A stretch of DNA of 64,000 bases from Bacteroidota bacterium (GCA_947496065.1 CANMBF010000010.1:8433-72432), one strand, 5' to 3'; shown: positions 25,771-35,054, numbered from the stretch's first letter. A program made the numbers and translations. Notes: generated by a model from the sequence alone, not told the origin.

Positions 25771-28599
25771 CTATTTAATTTTATAGGAGAAACTAAAGCT
25801 TAACATTTGTCCTCTTCTAAAACTTAATAATTCATGGTCCGTTCTATCGGTGTGATATTGTATTTTTCCATCGCCATTGGTGTCTTGCCACAAACGGTGT
25901 TTAAAGTTTAAAATGTCACTTACACCAAATTTAAAATTAAGACGTTTGTTAATTTCTTTGCCAAAGGTTAAGTCGATGGCTTGACGGGGCATTTCATATA
26001 CTGTTGGAAATATAGTATTACCAACATAGGCAATGCGTTTGCCAAAAATGTTATATGATAAATTCGCAGTTAATCCTTTTTTCTCGTTGTTGTAAAATAA
26101 GGCTGCGTTCACAATGTAGGGCGATTGACCTTGTAAGGCTCTGGTGCGCGCTTGACTTAAGGTAGAATCGTCACCTAAATTAACTTGGCTATAGATTAAA
26201 GAGGCATTCATAACAACCGATAAGTTCTTTAAGAATTTATTTTGCGTCACATTGTCTAATGATTTTCTAAGTTCAATTTCTAAACCATAATTGGTGGCTT
26301 GCTTTGCATTTTTTAAAGTGTATTGTTGACTTAATCCAATGGGTTGAACATAGTTTTCAATTGGATTGGTAAAGTTTTTATAGAATACACCAAAACTCAC
26401 CGTCTCGTCTGAAGATGGATAAATTTCATAACGCAAATCAAAATTGTCGATGACTGCAGATTTTAAATTTGGATTACCTACAATGTTTACATCGTAAATG
26501 AAGTCGTAATAAACGAATGGTGCTAGTTCTCTAAACTCAGGACGGTTAATGGTTTTGCTATAAGCCAAACGGATTAAGCTTTTATCGTTTAGGTAATACG
26601 ACATATTAATAGAAGGTAAAATGTTTAAACTATCTAAGGTTACATTCACGGCGGCTGACTGGGTAGCACTTTTTAAATTTTGAGCAAATTGTTCGGCCCT
26701 TACACCCAATGATACACTGAAACGGTTCATAGGGATGGTAGCACCAATATAACCTGCTTTTAATTGATTGGTAGCTGTGTATTTATCGTTAGGATTGGTG
26801 CCTTCCGCTGGACGCCATCCAGATTTGGTGTTAATGTTTTCTGATTTAAAAATTTGATCGATGGGTTGTTGCAAGAAAGCATCTTTTACAATGCCACTGC
26901 CTTGATAAACATAGCCAAACCAACGGGCTGCAAATTCTCTCGATTTTTCTTCGGCATAAGCACCCGCTCTAATGATAATATTTTTAGAAGTATCGAAAGG
27001 GTTTTTTAAATTCTTTTCATAATTAATAGTTCCAGAAACTGTGTGCTCATTCAAATCCGAATAGAAACGGGCGGCATCAAATAAACTTGAACTTGGAGGA
27101 TCTATCATGGTATAAGGATCATTAGAGCCTTCTGTTCTATAGGTTCTAAATCTTCTGTAGTCAGGTTCGTTTCTTTTAACAAAGCTGTACCCACCAGTCC
27201 ATGTCAATTTATCGCCCATGGTATTCAATTTATGAATGCCTTCTAGTTGACCAGAATAAATGCTTCTGCTGGTGTAGTGGAAACCATAGTTTTTAAATTC
27301 AGTGTTCGGTCTTTCTGTTGGATTCACCCCTGTACGAATGGTGGTTTCGTTCTCGCCAATCTGGTTGTACATATTCTTAAAGCTAAGGGTATTGTTTTTA
27401 TTCAAGGTCACCAACCAATTGCTCAAGGCACTTATTTTGGATTCTATCGAATAGTTCTCATCAGAGTAATTAAACATCTGACGCACGTAGTCAATTTGAT
27501 CGTTTTGGTAACGGTATCGATTAATATTAGAATATTGGTAGTTGGTAGAATAGCTCACATTGTTAACGGTAAACAAACTCATTTTTTTTCCCAACTTGAA
27601 ATTTTTTCCAAAACTTATGCCCGCGCCAAAATCCATCGGCGCGACTGTTGAATTGACTTGGTAGTTGTTTTTTAAGTTGCGACCATATTGCATGGCACTT
27701 TGATTAGATAGGCCAGCCAAGGTGCTCGGAAAGCTTGAAGGTAAAGCGCGACCACCATTGTCGTAACCAAACAAATCGGAGCTACTGCTGATGTTATTGT
27801 TTTGATGCGAAAGGAAAGTGGTATTTAAACGAACTCCAAAGCCCATGTTCACAGTTAAAAAATCTTTTTCTACATTGCTCTTGGTATACAATTTAATTAC
27901 GCCACCAGCAAAGTCGCCAGCCAATTCGGCCGCACCTGATTTGTAAATTAAAATTTTATCCAACATGCTAGAAGGTACTAGATCGAATGAGAAGGCACGT
28001 TTATCGACCTCGGTGCTAGGTGCATTGATATTGTTTATTTGAACACTGTTGTAACGCTGACTTAAGCCGCGCAACATAATGAAACGGTTTTCCATTAAAG
28101 TAACACCTGGTATTCTTGCAGCTGCTTTGGCTGCATCGGTGGCTTGTGTTTTGTTTAACTCTTCAGAAGAAACTGCAGAAACAACTGCTTCTGCTTTTTT
28201 CACTTCCTGAATCACTGCTTTTTCGGTATTTGTTTTTCTCTTTGCGACAATTTTACCTGTGCCAATTTTTTTAACGAAAATGGTCATGCTTGTTTGGTTG
28301 ATAGTTGTTGTAGCATTTTCTGTTACTACTACATTCATTACTTCAACAGTGTTGTAGCCTGTATGGCTAAGGCTGAGTGTATAGGCGCCAACAGCTACAT
28401 TGGTAATTGTAAATACACCATTTTTATCTGTTGCACTGCCTTGGTTGGTGCCTTTGATAGAAACGTTTACACCACTAAATAAAATGTTTTTTGTTGAATC
28501 GAACACGGTGCCACTAATGGTGCCTGTCTGAGCAACTAGTTGCATAGACATTAGAGAGAAGAAACAAAAGAATACAACTGTTTTAAGATGGTAAATCAT
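25771..28599 (-). CDS. TonB-dependent receptor with an N-terminal CarboxypepD_reg-like domain
   Basis: Signal peptide, GTISGTV...GV carboxypeptidase-regulatory fold, a plug region and a C-terminal beta-barrel ending in an aromatic-rich strand. ATG 28599 is preferred over the TTG at 28614. Confidence 0.85.
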   Translation of the reverse strand: MIYHLKTVVFFCFFSLMSMQLVAQTGTISGTVFDSTKNILFSGVNVSIKGTNQGSATDKNGVFTITNVAVGAYTLSLSHTGYNTVEVMNVVVTENATTTINQTSMTIFVKKIGTGKIVAKRKTNTEKAVIQEVKKAEAVVSAVSSEELNKTQATDAAKAAARIPGVTLMENRFIMLRGLSQRYNSVQINNINAPSTEVDKRAFSFDLVPSSMLDKILIYKSGAAELAGDFAGGVIKLYTKSNVEKDFLTVNMGFGVRLNTTFLSHQNNNISSSSDLFGYDNGGRALPSSFPSTLAGLSNQSAMQYGRNLKNNYQVNSTVAPMDFGAGISFGKNFKLGKKMSLFTVNNVSYSTNYQYSNINRYRYQNDQIDYVRQMFNYSDENYSIESKISALSNWLVTLNKNNTLSFKNMYNQIGENETTIRTGVNPTERPNTEFKNYGFHYTSRSIYSGQLEGIHKLNTMGDKLTWTGGYSFVKRNEPDYRRFRTYRTEGSNDPYTMIDPPSSSLFDAARFYSDLNEHTVSGTINYEKNLKNPFDTSKNIIIRAGAYAEEKSREFAARWFGYVYQGSGIVKDAFLQQPIDQIFKSENINTKSGWRPAEGTNPNDKYTATNQLKAGYIGATIPMNRFSVSLGVRAEQFAQNLKSATQSAAVNVTLDSLNILPSINMSYYLNDKSLIRLAYSKTINRPEFRELAPFVYYDFIYDVNIVGNPNLKSAVIDNFDLRYEIYPSSDETVSFGVFYKNFTNPIENYVQPIGLSQQYTLKNAKQATNYGLEIELRKSLDNVTQNKFLKNLSVVMNASLIYSQVNLGDDSTLSQARTRALQGQSPYIVNAALFYNNEKKGLTANLSYNIFGKRIAYVGNTIFPTVYEMPRQAIDLTFGKEINKRLNFKFGVSDILNFKHRLWQDTNGDGKIQYHTDRTDHELLSFRRGQMLSFSFSYKIK

Positions 28600-28829
28600 G
28601 GGCACAAAGGTCAAATAGTTGTGTTAATTTTATCTTAATTTTAAATGATAATTAGGTTATTTTGTATGGTTGCAAGTTAAATTAAAGTCACGACATGCCT
28701 ATTGCATTGTTGTTTTTAAAATGGCAGTGTAAATGGGATATGAACCTATTGGTGGGGAATTATTAAAAATTAACAATAAGATAATATTGGAATGATACAA
28801 CGCTAATCTTAAGGCTGCAATTTTGTAAC

Positions 28830-29132
28830 ATCAAAAAGATAATAGCCATACTCCTTTTAATATTCGCAGCGCAAGTCTCTACAAACGCTGTAAATACCGA
28901 CAGGTTGTGTTTAATTACAGTGACTGATAGTAATAACGAAAAATTATCTGGTGCTGCCATTGAGATTTCTGGTACTACTAAGGTATACTATACCAACATC
29001 AATGGTACTTGTTATATTCCTAAATCAGTGTTAAGCAATGCAGAATTGTTAACTATCAATTGTATCTCTTACAAAAGCATTCAGCTTTCTGCTGAAAACA
29101 TCCACTCGAAAATTATTTTAAAAAGTCGCTAG
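28830..29132 (+). CDS. Small secreted CarboxypepD_reg-like domain protein, start codon uncertain
   Basis: The frame is open from 28785. It encodes (I)KKIIAILLLIFAAQVSTNA, which looks like a signal peptide, upstream of the first canonical start (TTG 28905). There is no in-frame ATG/GTG/TTG before that. Confidence 0.4.
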   Translation: MKKIIAILLLIFAAQVSTNAVNTDRLCLITVTDSNNEKLSGAAIEISGTTKVYYTNINGTCYIPKSVLSNAELLTINCISYKSIQLSAENIHSKIILKSR

Positions 29133-29160
29133 TTTTCTTGGCGGTTCGCTTTTTTTTTCT

Positions 29161-29168
29161 TAGCTTTG
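29161..29168 (+). promoter_or_regulatory. -7 box TAGCTTTG upstream of the YwqK-like gene
   Basis: Perfect match, 21 nt before ATG 29190. Confidence 0.4.
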
Positions 29169-29189
29169 TTAAGTAATTGTTAAGTTACT

Positions 29190-29662
29190 ATGAAAAAATT
29201 ATTAATTATTTTAGCAATCGCTTCTCTATCAGCAGGTTATGCTGGTGCTCAAAGCAACGATATCTCCATGGATGCGCTGCTGGTAAATTTATTACCGCAA
29301 CAGGAGATTACTTTAATGGCAATTTGGAAACCTTTTACATGGGTGGCCAAATTGAAAGCATTTACGAATGCAATGATGGTGTAAAAGATGGTAAGATTAC
29401 CGTGTTTTACGCAAACGGTGTTACGAAGGAGGTTGGTTCGTTTAACAATGGTGTTAAAACGGGCGAATGGATCGAGTACAGTGCCGATGGTAAAATTACT
29501 TCAGTAGCGTTTTACAAAAACAATATTAAACATGGTACTTGGAAAGTGTGGGATGCCAAAGGTGTTTTGCGTTCTGAAATGCATTACCACAATGGTAAAA
29601 GAGCTGGTACTTGGAAATCGTATGACGAAAATGGTAAAGTAACCGAAAGCGTTACTTACTAA
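29190..29662 (+). pseudogene. YwqK/MORN-variant repeat protein, frameshifted
   Basis: The signal peptide MKKLLIILAIASLSAGYAGAQ is in frame 29190. The repeat body GKFITATGDYFNG...GKRAGTWKSYDENGK is in frame 29177. The frames switch around 29250-29290. Confidence 0.55.
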
Positions 29663-29681
29663 ACCCAATCAAAATTATTTT

Positions 29682-29713
29682 AAAAAAAGACTTCAGCAAT
29701 GAGGTCTTTTTTT
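29682..29713 (+). terminator. Rho-independent terminator after the YwqK-like gene
   Basis: Stem AGACTTCA-gcaa-TGAGGTCT (one G-U pair) followed by T7. Confidence 0.7.
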
Positions 29714-30021
29714 ATGCCATCACTTTTTTAATAAACAATGCAATGTGTCGTTTTATTGAATGCTTCATTTATGAAGGGCTTATGAACTTTAGTTTTAGGA
29801 TGGTAGGGAATACTTAATTTAAAGATAGGGTTAGTGGTGTCATATCTATATTGGTAGCCATAAGATAAGCAATAACCACTTTTCCTTTCAAATATATGAT
29901 TACTGTTTTATTACAATGTTAAGTTTTATAGATAAGACTCACTTCTATCTAATAATTTCTTTTTCTATCCATCTGCCCAAACTTTTCTTCTACTTTATTT
30001 CTATCTTCGCCCAACAATCAG

Positions 30022-30465
30022 ATGGGAGAATTTATACAGGTATTTTTAATGGTTTTGCTCGCAGCAGTTAAGTTTTTATTCGCTGCACTTCCATTGTTGG
30101 CCAGCTCGCAACGGGCTTGGTATTGGGATATGCTCATTGTGGCCGGTGGTGGCGGCATTGGTGTTTTAGTATTTACCTATTTAGGGGCCATTATTTCTAA
30201 TTATTTATCGCGTTACCATTTTTTTAAATTCAAATTCGGGAAGCTCAAAAAATTATTACACATCAAAAATAAGTATGGCTTAATTGGACTCGCATTTTTA
30301 AGTCCTATTTTAATCAGTATTCCAGTGGGGTGTATTATATCTTCATCATTCGAACACGATAAGGGAAAAATTATTCGCTTTCAATTATTGGCAGTTCTGT
30401 TTTGGAGCGTATTATTGTTCGGACTAAAAGGAATGTTTCACATCGACATTAGCAAAAAAATATAA
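30022..30465 (+). CDS. Small integral membrane protein
   Basis: 147 aa with 4 hydrophobic helices. The stop abuts the rsmI start. Confidence 0.5.
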   Translation: MGEFIQVFLMVLLAAVKFLFAALPLLASSQRAWYWDMLIVAGGGGIGVLVFTYLGAIISNYLSRYHFFKFKFGKLKKLLHIKNKYGLIGLAFLSPILISIPVGCIISSSFEHDKGKIIRFQLLAVLFWSVLLFGLKGMFHIDISKKI

Positions 30466-31161
30466 ATGGCAGATCAGGGAATTTTGTATTTGGTGCCTAC
30501 ACCTGTTGGGAATCTTAAGGACATTACCTTGAGAGCACTTGAGATTTTGAAAGATTGCGATATTGTATTGGCAGAAGATACTCGCAACACCGGCATGCTC
30601 TTAAAGCATTACGAAATTAGTAAGCCCATGCAAAGTTACCATGCCCACAATGAGCATGAGAAATACAAGGATGTATTGAACCAAATTAATGCAGGCAAAA
30701 TAATGGCCTTGGTTACCGATGCGGGTACGCCCGGCATCAGCGATCCAGGTTATTTAATTGTGCGCGAATGTTATAAAAACAATATTAAGGTAGAGTGTTT
30801 GCCAGGTGCAACCGCCTTTGTGCCAGCGCTTGTAAAAAGTGGTTTGCCTTGCGACCGATTTGTATTCGAAGGTTTTTTACCTGTTAAAAAAGGACGGAAA
30901 ACTAGGTTCGAATTTTTGCAAAACGAAACCCGCACCATGGTGTTTTACGAAAGTCCGTATAAGTTGCCCGCCTTGTTAAAAGATAGCTTAACATACTTCG
31001 GGGCCGACCGTCAAATATCGGTCTCGCGCGAGATTAGTAAACTATTTGAAGAGACTGTGAATGGGACTATTGCAGAAGTGATTCAACACTTCGAAAAGAA
31101 AGCACCCAAAGGCGAATTTGTAGTTGTAATGGAAGGAAAAAAAGATGCTAAATCAGAGTAA
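30466..31161 (+). CDS. rsmI: 16S rRNA (cytidine1402-2'-O)-methyltransferase
   Basis: LYLVPTPVGNLKDITLRALEIL...AEDTR N-terminus and tetrapyrrole-methylase-fold motifs typical of RsmI. Confidence 0.9.
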   Translation: MADQGILYLVPTPVGNLKDITLRALEILKDCDIVLAEDTRNTGMLLKHYEISKPMQSYHAHNEHEKYKDVLNQINAGKIMALVTDAGTPGISDPGYLIVRECYKNNIKVECLPGATAFVPALVKSGLPCDRFVFEGFLPVKKGRKTRFEFLQNETRTMVFYESPYKLPALLKDSLTYFGADRQISVSREISKLFEETVNGTIAEVIQHFEKKAPKGEFVVVMEGKKDAKSE

Positions 31162-32731
31162 ATTTATATTGGCCTTAACAAGTGGTGCGCTGCTGTATTT
31201 AGGCTGGCCACCCTTGCCCTTGGTGTTTTTATTGTTCATTGGCATGGTGCCAATGCTTATCATTCACAACCAAATAAAATTCGAAAAAAATGCCCATGTA
31301 AAATTATTGGGCTGGGCTTATTTTAGCATGTTGATCTTTAATACCGCCACCACATGGTGGGTTTGGAATGCCAGTACTAGTGGCTGTATCATGATGCTGG
31401 TGTTAAACAGTTTGATCATGGCTCTGCCATTTTTATTGTTCTCTATTACGCATCTCAATTTACCGAAAACTGGCTATAGCTCTTTGGTGTTTTATTACAT
31501 CGCCATGGAGTATATGCATTTTAATTGGCCTGCCAGTTGGCCTTGGCTTACTTTAGGCAAAGGCTTAGCGGGTTATCCTGCCTTGATTCAATGGTACGAA
31601 TACACAGGCGAAATGGGTGGCACTTTGCTTATCTTGGTAATGAATGTTTGGATTGCAAAATTGGTAGTCAAAGGAAGAAAAAAGGTAGCGTATTTAAAAC
31701 CCATCTTGACACTTATTATCATTTCAATTGTGTCTATTGGTCTTGGTAATTTGGCGCAGATTAAATTATCTTATTATAAAAAAAATATACCATGTGTGGT
31801 TTCTCAACCCAACATCGATCCTTACACCGAAAAATTTGAAGATGGCGAAAAGTACATTACTGCCGAACAACAACTGCAATTCGGCATTGATTTGGCCCTG
31901 CCATTGCTTGATTCAACTACCCAATTGTTAGTGTTCCCAGAAACTGCAATTACAGGTTGGAACCACGAAAGCCGATTGAATGAAATGAGCTTATTGCAAC
32001 CGCTCAGGGCTTTAACGGATAGCACTGGCTTAACCATTCTCTCCGGTGCCGAAACCTTGAATGTGTATGAAGATGAAAAAAGACCAAGCATCACTGCGCG
32101 CTACGATAGTTTTTCGGCTGCGTGGTGGGACAGTTATAATACCGCTTTATTGATTCAAAATAATCGCATTGATAGTATTTATCACAAATCGAAATTGGTA
32201 CCCGGTGTAGAAAAAATGCCTTTCGAATTTTTAGAAAAACTAAGCATAAATTTAGGTGGCACTTCGGGTAGTTTAGGGGTAAGCGATAGGCCGATTAATT
32301 TTATTGTCAACAAAGATTTAAAGATAGCACCCTTGATTTGTTATGAATCTATTTTTGGGGATTACGCTTGTGAGTTTGTGCGCGATGGGGCCAATGCCTT
32401 AGCGTTAATTACCAACGATGGTTGGTGGGGCAATTCACCAGGTTACAAACAGCACTTGTTGTTTGGCGCTGTGCGTTGTATAGAAATGCGCAAGGACATG
32501 GTACGCAGTGCCAATACAGGCATCTCTGCAAAAATAAATGCCATGGGTGTTATTAGCAATGCAACGCAATACCGCGAGCGCACCGCTTTTAAATGCACCA
32601 TTTCGCCAAACGAAATTCAAACTTTTTATGTGCAACATGGCAATTTGGTTGGTCCCTTTGGAACAATCATAGCAGTCTTGTTTTTACTAATGACCCTTTA
32701 CATCAAATGGTTTTTTAGAATCAAAAACTAA
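31145..32731 (+). CDS. lnt: Apolipoprotein N-acyltransferase
   Basis: N-terminal multi-TM domain plus a CN-hydrolase domain with the ICYESIFG catalytic Cys motif. Confidence 0.85.
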   Translation: MLNQSKFILALTSGALLYLGWPPLPLVFLLFIGMVPMLIIHNQIKFEKNAHVKLLGWAYFSMLIFNTATTWWVWNASTSGCIMMLVLNSLIMALPFLLFSITHLNLPKTGYSSLVFYYIAMEYMHFNWPASWPWLTLGKGLAGYPALIQWYEYTGEMGGTLLILVMNVWIAKLVVKGRKKVAYLKPILTLIIISIVSIGLGNLAQIKLSYYKKNIPCVVSQPNIDPYTEKFEDGEKYITAEQQLQFGIDLALPLLDSTTQLLVFPETAITGWNHESRLNEMSLLQPLRALTDSTGLTILSGAETLNVYEDEKRPSITARYDSFSAAWWDSYNTALLIQNNRIDSIYHKSKLVPGVEKMPFEFLEKLSINLGGTSGSLGVSDRPINFIVNKDLKIAPLICYESIFGDYACEFVRDGANALALITNDGWWGNSPGYKQHLLFGAVRCIEMRKDMVRSANTGISAKINAMGVISNATQYRERTAFKCTISPNEIQTFYVQHGNLVGPFGTIIAVLFLLMTLYIKWFFRIKN

Positions 32732-32851
32732 GCACAATATTTCATTGACTTTTGTAAGATTCTTCTGAGTGAATCTACTCAAGAGTGCCGATTTTGTTGA
32801 TAATTCAGCATTATTTTTTGGTTAATTAATTTTTTTGAAATGATAAAAACC

Positions 32852-32859
32852 TACTTTTG
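32852..32859 (+). promoter_or_regulatory. -7 box TACTTTTG upstream of the OmpA-like gene
   Basis: Perfect match, 44 nt before ATG 32904. Confidence 0.4.
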
Positions 32860-32942
32860 CACCACTCACAATAAAACCGATTAAACAGTAGTTATCTAAC
32901 ATTATGCTAAAAGAAAAAAACACTTGTCATCCCAATTTTAAA

Positions 32943-34727
32943 ATGACAGGTTTAAATCCATCAACGTTCTTGAAATTATCATTCACTTTATTTTTTGCTC
33001 TGTTATTGTTCACAGCAAAAGCACAAACATCTGTCAAATTCAGTGTTTATTTCGATGTCAACCAATCTAAAATTAAAATCAAAGATTATTTGGTGCTAGA
33101 TTCTGTTGTCAATATTTTAAAAAGCAAAACCAATATCAAACGCATTCAAATTAATGGATATGCCGATACTACAGGTGGTGCCGAAGCCAACTTAGAATTG
33201 TCTAACAGCCGTACCGATACCGTGGCTGGTTATATTTTAAGTAAGAACTTAATGGTGTATAAAAGTCGCGTAGCCACTGCGAGTTTAGGTGAAAAAGTAT
33301 CGGGCAAAGAAACCGACTTAGAGCAAATGCGTAGAGTAGACATTGTCATTATGATGGCCCGTGCCGATCGCGATACCATTGTTCGCGCTGGTTGTGTTAC
33401 GGCCATGATACCTGCCAACACATTCGAAGGATTTAACAACGACGAATTAATATTCAAATTAGAATACATTAGCAATGCAACCGATGTAAAAAAATACAAC
33501 TTAACATTTAAAGATGCCGATGGCAATCAATTGTTGAGCAATGGCATTGTAAAAGTAACAGCCATGTACAAAAGCAAACCGGTAAAAGCCATTAAGCCTA
33601 TTACTGTGAATATTCCGAAAGTAAACAACGAAGCTGGCTATTCTGCCTACCTTGGTGTTGAAGATAAAACCAAAAACATTACTTGGAAATTAACCGACAA
33701 GAAGGTTATTAACCTAGGTGTTAAACAAGCGCCCAATGGCGATGCTTGCGATTTACAATCTTTCAATATCAAAGATGTGAACCGTTTTTACAATGCCGCT
33801 AAAGTGCGACCAGCCTGCTATTGCGCTGCCGATCCATTTGGTGGTTTGCAAACACCTAACAAGTCAAATGCCATGGCCAAATTCGGTCCTGCAGGTAATA
33901 TTGTTTTAGTAAATGAAAGCAGCTTTAAAAAAGTAGCGGCCGATAAAGCCTATGTGCAAGTGGTAGATGATAAGAGCAAAGAAGAGTATATGGATTTTTG
34001 CAACAGTTTCTTATACCCAGGCATTAGCGATATTCCACAAATACCAAAATTCGAAAGAGAAGTGGTAAAATTCATCGACTTAAATGTCTCTCAAAAAAAT
34101 GATTCAGCTGATATCATCATGTCGAAAAAAGACATGGTTTTAATCATGTTGCCTAAAAGTCAATTGCCTGCACACAAAGGCAAAAGATATGCGGTATTGC
34201 CAGCAGATACTAAAAAAGATAATTTCTTTAACTGGACCAAGAAGATTGTATTTGCCGATTCTTGTCGTGGTTTAGCCAATTGCGATTATGTCATTTTTGA
34301 AGTGCCTTTCACTGGCTTTTACACTGTATTGGAATTAACCCCAGTAGCGGGCAAAGGCAATGCAGCAGCAGATGATGATGGTGAGAAAGCAGCACCATCG
34401 AAAAATGTGAAAATAAAATGCAAAAAATTCAATGGCGTAAATGTTATCTATGGACAAAAAGATGATGGTGTTACCGCTTCAGCCAAGTTCTTAAAGAACA
34501 AAGGCAAGAACACTATTTTAGAACCTAGCATTCCTAAAAAAGAAAAGAAAAACTACAAGCAACATGTTTTCTTGTCGTATGTTATAAAAGATGGCAAACG
34601 ATATGCATGGATAGGCAAAGGCAGTCAGTTAAAAACCGGTTTCTTAAGTGGCAATTGGAAAACCCCAACCTTGGTATACGTACCCGATGAAGAGTGGGAA
34701 GCCTTCGTAAGAAAAGCCTGCGAATAA
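32943..34727 (+). CDS. OmpA-like domain protein with a large uncharacterised C-terminal region
   Basis: Signal peptide. OmpA-like segment YFDVNQSKI...INGYADTTGGAEANLELSNSRT. About 450 aa follow with no recognisable domain. The alternative ATG at 32904 is not excluded. Confidence 0.65.
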   Translation: MTGLNPSTFLKLSFTLFFALLLFTAKAQTSVKFSVYFDVNQSKIKIKDYLVLDSVVNILKSKTNIKRIQINGYADTTGGAEANLELSNSRTDTVAGYILSKNLMVYKSRVATASLGEKVSGKETDLEQMRRVDIVIMMARADRDTIVRAGCVTAMIPANTFEGFNNDELIFKLEYISNATDVKKYNLTFKDADGNQLLSNGIVKVTAMYKSKPVKAIKPITVNIPKVNNEAGYSAYLGVEDKTKNITWKLTDKKVINLGVKQAPNGDACDLQSFNIKDVNRFYNAAKVRPACYCAADPFGGLQTPNKSNAMAKFGPAGNIVLVNESSFKKVAADKAYVQVVDDKSKEEYMDFCNSFLYPGISDIPQIPKFEREVVKFIDLNVSQKNDSADIIMSKKDMVLIMLPKSQLPAHKGKRYAVLPADTKKDNFFNWTKKIVFADSCRGLANCDYVIFEVPFTGFYTVLELTPVAGKGNAAADDDGEKAAPSKNVKIKCKKFNGVNVIYGQKDDGVTASAKFLKNKGKNTILEPSIPKKEKKNYKQHVFLSYVIKDGKRYAWIGKGSQLKTGFLSGNWKTPTLVYVPDEEWEAFVRKACE

Positions 34728-34739
34728 ATCTCGTATTTT

Positions 34740-34775
34740 AAAAAAAACCTGCAAGAAAACTTGCAGGTTTTTTTT
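34740..34775 (+). terminator. Rho-independent terminator after the OmpA-like gene
   Basis: 9-bp stem ACCTGCAAG-aaaa-CTTGCAGGT followed by T8, with an A8 run upstream. Confidence 0.8.
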
Positions 34776-34777
34776 GA

Positions 34778-35054
34778 TTAGTTATTAGTTAATCGTTATT
34801 AAGGGGTATACCACCCAATAACCTAATAACCTAATAACCCACTAGTATAAAAAAACATACCAAGTAGTATGCATTTTCAATAATAAGCCAAAGCTTTCAG
34901 ACCCCGAAGGGGTCATATCTCTATAATATAGATAAAGCCAGATTGCTCTCGACCCCGAAGGGGTCGAATATAAGTTATTGGTTAATTGTTAATAGTTATT
35001 AAGGGAATACCAAGCCCCCTATTAACCCAATAACCTAATAACTCAATAACCCCA
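34778..35054. repeat. Composite palindromic element: two AT-rich TAACC/GGTTA-word arms flanking two GACCCC-GAA-GGGGTC hairpins
   Basis: Arms at 34778-34840 and 34973-35054 are direct repeats, and each is internally an imperfect palindrome. Hairpins at 34900-34914 and 34950-34966 are 51 bp apart. Confidence 0.8.

Noticed and set aside
28600-28780. Possible riboswitch (for example cobalamin) in the leader of the TonB-dependent receptor. I also looked upstream of purD, folE, the PTPS-like gene and glmM for purine, THF, preQ1 or glmS elements.
   Set aside because: I could not find the conserved cores, such as a B12 box or purine-riboswitch loops. This cannot be fully excluded without a covariance-model scan (Rfam/Infernal).
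29250-29290. Programmed ribosomal frameshift in the YwqK-like gene.
   Set aside because: There is no slippery heptamer or downstream structure. A simple indel or sequencing error is more economical.
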